Source: Daphnia carinata
Lineage: Eukaryota
DNA length: 64,000 bases
Reading direction: 5' to 3'
NCBI RefSeq assembly: GCF_022539665.2
Contig: NC_081331.1
Location: 12,400,001 to 12,464,000 of the forward strand
Positions within the stretch are counted from its first letter, which is position 1, and the number at the start of each line of letters is the position of its first letter. Of the stretch, positions 12,601 through 26,715 are shown one piece after another. Position numbers and translations under genes: made by a program. A model generated the notes under the pieces. The model worked only from the letters and a program-made list of their open reading frames with translations. It had not been told where the DNA came from and did no database searches.

Positions 12601-15600
12601 ATAAGCTGGTATAAGGATGGCCACCCGATAGACGATTCACTTGCACTTCTACGCAACGTGTCCATTTTTGTTCATCAACAACGAGATCTGCGTGGATTTT
12701 TCACGCTCTACTTGGAAGTGAAACATGCATCATTATTCGACCGTGGTGAATTTGAATGTCGGGCCATGGACTGGGGCCAGACCGTCAGCAAGAGTGTCTT
12801 TCTCGATGTCATTACTCCACCGATCCTCGATCTGATGCCCATCAATCCTGTTGTTCTTCCGGTAAATAATAATAATGACTTTTCCGCTTTCAAAGAAGAT
12901 GCCTTAGTAAGTCGTTGAATTACCATTGCCACGCCTTGTAGGGTACGGCAGTGAATTTGACGTGCCGGGACGAGAACCATCTGGCGCGACGTACAACCAC
13001 CAAGTATGTCTGGTTGAAAAATGGCCAGCTCATCAAATCGTCGTGCGAAGAAATCATCGAAGACTTGACACCAGTCGGCAGTTTGTTGAAAATCACTTCG
13101 ATTCAGGTAAAGGAACTCCAAGATTTTGTTCATTTTGCTTGTTTGTTTGATATCTTTCATCGATTTTCAATGGTCTTGTTTCATGGATCGCCAGCTTAGC
13201 ACCAATTACACATGCCGAGGGGAAAATGGAACAAAAATGGCCAACAAGACTACGCAAATTTTTGTAGCTGACCAAGAAAGATCCTGTCCTCAACAGAGAA
13301 GCCATGGCGTTGAATGGCTTAGGACGGCTGTTGACATCACCAATTACCAGTTCTGTCCTGCTGGATATGTCGGCGTGGCCAAGAGACATTGTTTCGCTGT
13401 AAAAGAATTGCCAGACGACAATGGAGAGACGCATCCAGCAATACGACTTTTCTGGGGAGAGCCAGATTTTTCCAATTGCAGCGATCGGGAGCTTACTGAA
13501 CTATATCAGCAGCTGAAGTTGATCACTTTGGGCTATGTCGTCACCGACCTTCCGTCCATTGTCAATAAGTTCGCCGATTTCATCGAATGGAAGCTGGAAG
13601 GTATCGCCGAATCCAATCGGTTCACCAACTCGAGAAAGGCTACAGACGAAGAAGCCACCCCATTCCCTTATTTGCCTGGGGAAGGAAACATGTTGTTGGA
13701 AATGGCGGTCAGCATTGAGGCTTTGCTTTGGAGAAGGACGGAAGTCTTACCACATTCCTTTTGGAATTCGACGGCTGTCCGTTATTTATACGCTCTTGAT
13801 GCGCTCTTGTCCATGCCCCATGATATTTTCCATTTGATTGTAAGTAAATCGTAATCAAGGAGGAGAATCGATATGTTTGTGCAAACCGATAACGCCACAT
13901 ATCCTTTTTTTTTATGTTTCAGGGTGAGTTGCCGATCTTGCATTTGATTCAAAATCATCTCACTCTTCTAGGCATCAATCCCAAAGGCGAATACCTTCTT
14001 GGTAGTATTAAACCGCATTTACTGAAGAACAGCGACTTTGACGTCGACAACGATAGGTAAATATTGTCCGCGATCAACCAGCTTTTGTTTGGTTTATGTA
14101 CGATACAGTTCTTCTTCTTCTATGTCCAGGAAACAGTTTAAATACAAAGGACAATTGCCAGTTTTGCCAAGGTATTTTTGCAACATTACGAAGCTGTTAA
14201 GTTCGATTTTATTTTCATTAATTTGTCATTTTTTACGTGACAATTCAGCCAAACGGGATTCAAAAACCTTAGCCAACTGGCACCTGCCCAGTTCTTTCTC
14301 AATAAACCAAACGGGTACAACATTTCGATTGATTTTCATTCGATAGAACAACTGCAAATCAAAGGAGGTGAATATATTTGCGCCCTGCTGCTGCTCCAAC
14401 CAACGAACCATTCTCGAGAATGGGACATGGATTCTTGTTCCATCGAACGGTTGATCTATCCGGTCGATTTCCGTTGCCATTGTGCCCATCAAGGAACTGT
14501 AGTTCTAATCTACGCCGTAAGAGATATTGAGGTACGTTTGAACTGGTGATGCAAATTACCACTTGACCATCTATCTCAACACAATTTCTTTTCTATTCGT
14601 GCTGTTAAGGAGACAGAGAATTCGGCGATTGACTTGTGGAAAGTCATTTACTTTGTAGCTTCAGTTAGCCATTTAGCTGTCGTTTTTGGTCTCTTGACTT
14701 TATGTACAATGTGGTACCAACGGCGCTGCGTGTGGTTATGGTTTCAAATCCAAGTGGGAGTTTCACTTTTGCCGCCATCGTCCGTTTACTTCTTGCAAAC
14801 TGCCACAGTCGTAAGTTGTACCGTATAATAGTTTAGGGCAAATAAAGAATAAAGTCATCGCTTATTTTTAATCGGGAGATTTTGTTCTTCAGGTAACCAA
14901 TCGTTTTTGGTCCAGTCTACTGACTGCTGCGACATATCAATATGCAACCACCGTATGGGCCATGATTATGTATTTGAACATGAATGCCACCAGGAATCCT
15001 ACAGAACAGGCGACGATGGTAAAACCAAGTCAGAGTAATATCAGACTAGTCGGTTTGTCGTTAGGTAATTCCATTTCGAAGTTCATGTGAAAGTCGGGCA
15101 ATTTGTGTGATTCTATTTGCCCTGTTTGCAGGCGTTCCCTTGACGTTATCTGGAGTCCAGATTCTCATCGAGGAATTCTCAGTTGATGCGCCGTTCATCA
15201 CCTGGTTTTCCCAGCTCACCTCTTTCTCTGGGATCTTTTTCTCGTTGGTTTATTGTACTTTATTTTTCACCGTCATTTCGCTCTACGTCACATCAAGAAG
15301 GGAATCGGGTGATTCGTCTGAAAAGTCCAAGACTTGCACGGAGGACGTAACTCATCTGATGGGCAACATGTACCTACAGATTCCGTGCCACATTTGTTTT
15401 GATAACCAAGTTAATAGGTTTCATTTTAGTCGCCACAGTCATTGTTGTCCGATGCTCGCTCTGCTAGGCGTCATGGTCACGGGATCTACGTTGTGCCGCT
15501 TCCACTGGCTGTCACTTAACACCCACTGTATTGCCGCATCCTTACATCTGCTAGCTGTACGCATCGTCTGACATTCAGTTTACTTGTGTGTAACATTGCT

Positions 15601-17356
15601 CTTCAGTTACATTAAGCGCTTTTCCGCAGGTCTTGTTGGCGGTCCATTTGATGTTAAATTTTAGCAGTACAAAATTTGTCTGCCTTTATTGGGGTTTTTG
15701 GCGTCGGAATATGTTGCCTCAAGGTGAAACGATGAGTGAGTTGTTGAATGCAACAGCAATGGTCGAGAGCCCCCAGCGAAAAACCATGCTGACGACAGAC
15801 CAACATCCTTTACAAGGTATGAATAGATTTTTGTAAAATGGCTTTCCGCTACTATCGCCTCAAGATCGTCTGCTGATTTTCTTTCCTTTGAACTGGCCCA
15901 TTAAGGATTAGAAAGGTCTGCGTTGGCCAGACGGATAAGTCACCATTGCCTGAACGATACACCATTTCCAGTGCGTAATAGGAACAGAAGATTTTACCGA
16001 TCAAGTCCGGCCTCGTCTCCTTTGCTGCAAAGAGCGGGTCTCGGTCCTGACGTATTGCGAGCGCTTAACTTGGAACAAGAATCTACCCACAAATTGCTTG
16101 ACAGTAGTTTAACAGCCCTTCAATCTGCCGTTTCGCCAATCGAGCAAATCAGTGGATCAGAGGATCTAACAAAGTTTAATAGAAGTCGATTAAACTCCAC
16201 GTCATCCGACGGCATGCAACAAGACGACCTGGATTCGGGATTTGGGCCCAGTGGTGAAGGAGGAAGTCAAAAAATGGATGGATTGGATAAATACTCTGAT
16301 GCTTGGCAGGTTCGTCATATGAAATGAATTATTATAGTTTCTATTCGGATAGTCCCGTTTAATTACAAGAGAATAATGGCAAGGCAGTTGGCACACACTC
16401 TAACCCAACCAACTGGTGGTTTGTAGCTCTTGAGGAGAATTAGACGGAAGTTGAAGAAACTCAAATTCCATTCTCGGGAGAGCACCAGCGATAGAGGTTC
16501 CTTCCGCTCATCCCAGAGCACTGCAAGCACGGTCACGACTGCTGAACTGATCGGCGAACAAGACAGCAGTTTTATACCACAGGAGATGGATATTCAAGTT
16601 CGAGGAGCTGAACAACTAAAATGCTTGGTGACTTTTGACAGATTACGACCATTCAGACCTCGATGGTCTGAACACTACGGCCAGGAAAACGAAAGAAATT
16701 CCAGCGAAATCGACCATCTACCCTTAAAGAGCAAACCTTTTCGAGGCCGCTGTTTCATTAATTGCTCATCAGAGAAAACTGGGTCTAACATTATTACACG
16801 ACACTTATGTCAGAGCATTGGCACCGACGACAGAGCAATAGTGCCGTTGCAAGCTCTGAACGACTGTGGCGATTATCGCTTACATAACGTAGAGGTTCCA
16901 TTTGACCAACCTTGTCTTAACCATTCAGTTCAGATTGGAGCTGGACCAATGATCGTTCATGCCGTCGTCGAAAGTCACCCGAAGCTAATGGTTAGATTTG
17001 ATTTTAAAGCTATTATGGAAAAATTATTTATAATTGTTACTTAGGACAAAGAAGTTTGCGAATATTTGAAAATGGACCCGGCTGGGAGTCTTGCCATCGA
17101 TCAGCAAAGAGTCAAATGGCTTCAGGTGTACTATAACACCGTAGTCGAATCTGCGTCCCAAAGTATTAAGACTGGTGATTCTAAGTACATCAGCAAACGT
17201 CGGCTGGTGGACCCCTTAAAAAGAAATTTAGATGTTTCGTCGACTTTACTGCGCATTAAGAAAATTGACGGAGGACGAATCGTCAAAAGGAAACGCTTTT
17301 CATTCCGCAATGTCGCACATCCCACTCGCCAAAGTGAACCACGTGAAACTGGGTAG
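6697..17356 (+). CDS. Adhesion G protein-coupled receptor-like protein (multi-exon): signal peptide, CUB, 3 EGF, SEA-like, 2 Ig, HormR, GAIN/GPS, divergent 7TM, long cytoplasmic tail
   Basis: Spliced by hand with GT-AG introns. ATG 6697 gives MKHSRGGRSYCLSLMLLVFIILNSLWIMTAGA (signal-like); an in-frame ATG also lies at 6601. CUB (GTLTTPGFPSAFPLPCTCSWII...GFNITY). EGF repeats in exons ~7390-7454, 7640-7750, 7843-7937, 8475-8600. Ig domains (FTVACNANG..ISWYKDG..GEFEC; NLTC..YVWLKNG..NYTC). HormR (CPQQRSHGVEWLRT..FCPAGYVGVAKRHC..WGEPDFSNC). GPS-like W-DMDSC...CHCAHQGT at ~14420-14500. Hydrophobic TM exons 14.6-15.7 kb. Tail exons end at TAG 17354-17356. The SEA-like call and some internal boundaries are approximate. 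Confidence 0.8.
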
Positions 17357-18011
17357 CCTAATTATTTATCCTGCACAGCTGACAGATTCTCTGTTAGAGA
17401 CCAACTGTTCTTCGTATTGAATTAGCTTACCATTTGAGTAAATTATTGCATTATCCAAAGTAAACATCTATTTTTATAAATTCACAAAACTTTATACACA
17501 AACGCTTATTTCATTGAACGGCTCCCGAACGACGATTAAACACGCTAGTCAAGTTTTCTGAAAAAACTGTAAAAAAATTGCCTCGTGTAGCAGTTGACAC
17601 TCTAAAAAAGAATCAGAATTACGTCCACCTTATTCCCTATTTATCCCCATTGTTTCCTTTTTTTTTGTCTTTACTTTTATTCTGTTCAATATCTACCTCA
17701 AGTATACAGCTTTAGAAAGCTGCCTGGTTTCCACTAAGCGTAAAGAGGTTCTTTAGCTACCAGAGATCTACCGATACCAGGTAATTTTCTAAAGCTCTAT
17801 AAACATGATTTTTCACAAACTGAAGTGTGTTTTCTGTTTTTATGGTTTTTTATTTATTTTTTTATATTCTGGTATTCAAAATTACTCAATAAACACATAC
17901 AGTTTCATAACCTATGAGTGTAATATGTTGGAAATACATATAAATATACCAACACTGGAGCGAACGTAAAAACAAAAGGCTCAACAATTTTCCCGGAATC
18001 AACATTCGACT

Positions 18012-20110
18012 TTGGCCAAAAAACGACATCGCTTCGCACTCGATGAAGCCCAAACAGAATAATGAAAATTGAACGCTGGTTTCGATTCAGCTATTGGTTT
18101 TCTGCTTAAAAATGCTAGCGCGCCAGTACGCTATGGCGCAAAAAAAAAAAAGTGTCACTAACATCACTTTGTTTTGGTTTATTTCCAAAAACGGCTGGGT
18201 TAAGCAGAAAACTAATAGCTGAATCGAAATCAGCTTTCAATTTTCATTATACTGTGTGAGTTTCATCGAATTCTAAGAGATATCGTTTTTGGCCGATTTT
18301 GACAAAAGAGGGAAGGCTATAGCCTTCTCACTTTTTCATTTTTGGCAAAATTTTAAATTTGGCTTAAAATACATGATTTCGATTAAGAATTGAATGCTTG
18401 TCACGGAAATCAAGTTTTTTTTTCAATTGGTCTCATAGTTTTTAAATTAAACGTAAAAAACACAAGTGGGGCTTATTTTGTCGGGCTTATTTTGTCGGGT
18501 TTAAAATTTATACCTGCAAAAACTGACACTCATTAGAATTGGTGAAAATCACAGGATATACTCAAAATTAAATGCTGATTCCGGAAAAATTGTTTTTTTT
18601 TTCATTAAGTCATACGTTCTTTAAATACATCGAATATACAAAAATCCTAGCGCGCCAGTACACTATGGCGCAAAAAGTGTCACTAATATCACTTTGCTTT
18701 CGTTTATTTTCAAAAACGGCTGGGTTAAGCAGAAAACTAATAGCTGAATCGAAATCAGCGTTCAATTTTCATTATACTGTGTGAGTTTCATCGAATTCTA
18801 AGAGATATCGTTTTTGGCCGATTTTGACAAAAGTGGGAAGGCTATAGCCTTCTCACTTTTTCATTTTTGGCCAAATTTTAAATTTGGCTTAAAATACATG
18901 ATTTCGATTAAGAATTGAATGCTTGTCACGGAAATCAAGTTTATTTTTCAATTGGTCTCATAGTTTTTAAATTAAACGTCAAAAACACAAGTGGGGCTTA
19001 TTTTGTCGGGTTTAAAATTTTGTCTGCAAAAAAATTTAGAATTGTGAAAAACAGGATATACTCAAAATTAAATGCTGATTCCGGAAAAAATGTTCGTTTT
19101 ATCATTAAGTCATATGTTCTGTGTTTTTGAATTATTCTTTGTTTTCGTACGACTTGTGTTTTTGACGTTCAATTTAAAAACTATGAAACCAATTGAAAAA
19201 TAAACTTGATTTCCGTGACAAGCATTCAATTCTTAATCGAAATCATGTATTTGAAGCCGAATTTAAAATTTGGCCAAAAATGAAAAAGTGAGATAGCAGT
19301 CTGTATAGCCTTCCCACTTTTGTCAAAATCGGCCAAAAACGAAATCTCTTAGAATTCGATGAAACCCACACAGTATAATGAAAATTGAATGCTGATTTCG
19401 ATTCAGCTATTAGTTTTCTGCTTAACCCAGCCGTTTTTGAAAATAAACGAAAGCAAAGTGATGTTAGTGACACTTTTTTGCGCCATAGCGTACTGGCGCG
19501 CTAGCATTTTTGTATATTCGATGTATTTAAAGAACGTATGACTTAATGAAAAAAAGAACAGTTTTTTCGGAATCAGCATTTACTTTTGAGTATATCCTGT
19601 GATTTTCACCCAATTCTAATGAGTGTCAGTTTTTGCAGGTATAAATTTTAAACCCGACAAAATAAGCCCCACTTGTGTTTTTGACGTTTAATTTAAAAAC
19701 TATGAGACCAATTGAAAAATAAACTTGATTTCCGTGACAAGCATTCAATTCTTAATCGAAATCATGTATTTTAAGCCAAATTTAAAATTTTGCCAAAAAT
19801 GAAAAAGTGAGAAGGCTATAGCCTTCCCACTTTTGTCAAAATCGGCCAAAAACGATATCTCTTAGATTTCGATGAAACTCAATTAGTATAACGAACATTA
19901 AACACTGATTTCGATACAGCTATTGGTTTTCTCCTTAAATCAACTGCTTTTGAAATACACAGAATAGTTGTGCTGCATCACGGCGCTGTAGCGTGCTGGC
20001 GTGCTAGCATACATCAAACATTCGGTGTATTTAAAAAACGATTGACTTTATGAGAAAAAGAACAATTATCCGGGAATCAGTATTTAATTTCGAGTATAAT
20101 CAGTGATATT
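18012..20110. repeat. Foldback-like palindrome made of a ~530 bp repeat unit (two forward copies, two-plus inverted copies)
   Basis: The unit starting AAAAT(G/C)CTAGCGCGCCAGTAC occurs forward at ~18110 and ~18641. Reverse-complement copies lie at ~19152-19510 and ~19511-20010, with partial inverted copies at 18012-18108 and ~20010-20110. The ORF track shows the same peptide SLCFRLFSKTAGLSRKLIAESKSAFNFHYTV on both strands (18572+ and 19243-). Confidence 0.93.
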
Positions 20111-21287
20111 CATTCTATTCCAATGACATTTTTTCAATTTATTGGTTGTTTTCTTCTAAAAACATCAAATGATAAACTAATTATAAATGATTTGTATTCA
20201 ACAGTCAACGAGAATCACGAATTTTCAATTTATTTTTACGTGCAAAGTTAAGTTTGAAATAAACGTAGAATGCGTGCTTTCATATGAGAATTACCGTGGG
20301 AGATCTGAAAAATGGATTCCAGTAGCAATCGTACTGGGTGAAAGCACCATTCTCATAGTAACATTAGGTGGATTAATCGTCAACCATTGAGCCGTTAGTC
20401 AAATGTACTGTTTAATATTTGTTTACCCATTTAGAGAAGTCATGGAAATTAAATTAGAAATATTGAGATGAACGAAAATATACATTTTACGTTTTGGTCT
20501 TTTTTTGTTTAATAATTAGTAACGCAAATTTCCAAACGTATGTATACCAACACTTAGAGGGGAAAAAATAGTTACCGTCAGTTGGCATTAAGCCAAAGTC
20601 TCGCAAATTACGAGAATTTAAGACTGCACATTCGAATATTTGTGATTCAGGTTTCCCGCCTCAATCACAAAATTCTTCCAGATCATTATTAAGTTTATTA
20701 AACTACATTAGGGAAATGAAACGTGAGACAGTATAGGAATCCTAGCTTGAGCGATTTAAATAACACAAATGCATATTTCGGCATATCCCTGCGAAACATA
20801 CGAAAGTATACATCTTGAGAAAGTCGAAACCAAGAAAATAATGAGTACAAATCAGTAATTAAACCGAAAAAAGTTGAAACAAAATAAAATTATCCACTTA
20901 AACGCTCGACGAGGATGAGATGCGAACTTACGCGTGCAGAGCACAACAGATTAGCAGTCTGTAAACTGCTCAAAATTAAAAACCCACATCCGTCCCCAGT
21001 CGACAACCTCTAGTCGAACTCGAATATGGTGAAATAGTTAGACATCTATTGTTCAACATCTGCCAAATCGTCGATTGTATGTGGTAAACCTCTTCCCATA
21101 ACTCGTTGATTTATATCAGTCTGAAAATTTTGAGGTATTTGTAATACTCGGATGATTTCACTCCCCACAACGTTACGAAAGTGGCATAGCGCAGATGTTG
21201 TCTGTCGGTGTTCAATAAACCTATTCAGGACAATACAAACGAATTAATAAGTGATTACGAAAGTGAACTTTAGTTCTTCACAAAAAA

Positions 21288-24997
<3,710 letters not shown>

Positions 24998-26406
24998 AAA
25001 TTGAAGGACGCCATTCGACAAGACACCACCCAAAATATTTTCTCGACGATTATTAACAAAAATGAAACAAAAGAAAAAAAAATGTTTGGGTCGGGGAGCT
25101 TACACATAAAAACAAAAGTAAATGATAAATCACTTCAAGTGAGGATCACACTTTTGTACAACCGACTATAGGCAAAAAAGAATATGAAAGGGTTGTATGA
25201 AAGAAAATTCTTTTTTGCTGCGAAATCGTTAGTTGTCTTGCGTACCAATGAAGAACGTTTGTTCTTTAAAGTGTTAAACAGGAAGTAAAAAAGTGAATTG
25301 TACGTACTTTATTCCGATTAAGGGCCTAAGGTGTCCCAAAGTTTCCAACCGGCTGGTTCGAGACAAAGGATGCTGCTGCATGTCACACACGCGAAATTTC
25401 ATGTTGATTATACACTGCGTGCTCCTGAACTATTGGCTAGCAAAATGTTTCGATTACTTTGGGATTTCAACCATCACTAGTATACCTTCTAACGTTTACC
25501 AATCATTATCACTTACATCACGAGAAAAATCCACATTAGGCATTACTCAATCTAAAAAAAAAATTCAGTGCACAGTATATCACCTTTCAAACAGTTAGTT
25601 GCACCTTAGTTCAGAACATTCTGGACAACTGCATGTCGCATGGATGAAGAAGGCACACTGGTATTCAACCTGTAAAGTTGTATAGAGCACAGAGCACGCT
25701 ATGATTCCAGAATTAGGTAATGTTGATCGAAAATGTAGAACCATGCTTTAACCATGAACCATGGATTTCTACGTCAACCTAACGCAATTTAAAATCCTTT
25801 TGTTACGTTCCAAACAGTTAAGCTTTTGTTTCTTTCTTTTTATCGCATGCAAATAACGAATATCAATGAACGATAAAGCGTGACTTTTTTTTCTACCGGC
25901 AGCAATTTGAACAAACATTTCTCCCCGAAGCACTGCAAAGTGTAACTAGCAACCAGTGTTTCCACTTTCCGCAAAGTGATATCCCTAGAACGTTGCCAGA
26001 CTGGGGACATAAATTGATATATTAAATATATATCTTTAAATTTATATATAAATTTTTTAAGATTTCCCTATTTTAAAAAAATAAAATCCCCACCATATTG
26101 TGTCCATAATAATAACGGCCGGGGAGATACAAAAAGAAGAACAAAAACTTACGGGTAGCGAATTGGGTCACATATCCCGATGATAAGCTGCCTGCATCCA
26201 CGAGCCGTCTTTCAGGCCGTGGGGAGGCTAACGAACAGCCTACGTTCAACGATCACCTCTTCTCTACCTTTCAGCTTGTGGTTCGATCTTCAAGGTAGTG
26301 AACAGTACTACAGATCGATTTTTTGCCTGGCAAGGCTATTTTTGCCATTTTTAGCCTGGCAAGGCTTTTTTTGGTGTGCCATTTAGCCCCTTTATAGTAG
26401 GCATGG

Positions 26407-26525
26407 CTCTTCTTTTTTCTTTTTTTTTTTCTCTCTTCTTTTTTTCTTTTCTCTCTTCTTTTTTTTTCTCTCTTCTTTTTTTCTTTCTTCTTGCTTTCTC
26501 TCTTTCTTCGTCGTCTTTTCTCGTC
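26407..26525. repeat. Pyrimidine-rich (T/C) low-complexity tract
   Basis: Runs of TTTTTC/TCTCTT. It explains the spurious Phe-rich and Lys/Glu-rich ORFs at 26351-26728. Confidence 0.9.
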
Positions 26526-26642
26526 TTCTTTTTTTCTTTCTTCGTAGAATCTTGCGTCTTGATCTGTTGTAGAAGCTTGCGTAATCCGATGAATCTTGCG
26601 TATCTTGAATGAAGATTTGGAGGGAAAGGGAGGGGGGGAAAT

Positions 26643-26715
26643 TGGCGGTGTCGGGACTTGAACCCGGGGCCTTCAGAATGCGAAGCGAAGGTGGTAACCA
26701 CTGTGCCAGGACCGC
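26643..26715 (-). pseudogene. tRNA-derived sequence (tRNA-Val/Ala-like pseudo-tRNA or SINE head) with intact Pol III A and B boxes
   Basis: Minus strand reads GCGGTCCTGGCACAGTGGTTACCACCTTCGCTTCGCATTCTGAAGGCCCCGGGTTCAAGTCCCGACACCGCCA. A-box TGGCACAGTGG, B-box GGTTCAAGTCC, T-arm CGGG/CCCG. The anticodon stem (TTCGC/TCTGA around CGC) is broken and the acceptor stem is out of register, so this is not a canonical tRNA. Confidence 0.75.

Noticed and set aside
18572..19473. ORFs with the same peptide on both strands
   Set aside because: A by-product of the inverted repeat; no domain or splice support.
18012..20110. CRISPR-like array
   Set aside because: Eukaryotic context; units are ~530 bp with no unique spacers and no cas genes.
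26150..26275. RNase P RNA or self-cleaving ribozyme (minus-strand GACCCAATTCGCTAC resembles RNase P CR-V; HDV/hammerhead-like fragments)
   Set aside because: No matching CR-I/P4 partner, no CUGANGA..GAAA hammerhead core, and no HDV P3/P1.1 pairing could be built. An Rfam scan would settle it.
26643..26715. Functional tRNA-Ala(CGC)
   Set aside because: The anticodon stem does not pair and the acceptor stem is out of register; the body looks more Val-like than the anticodon implies.
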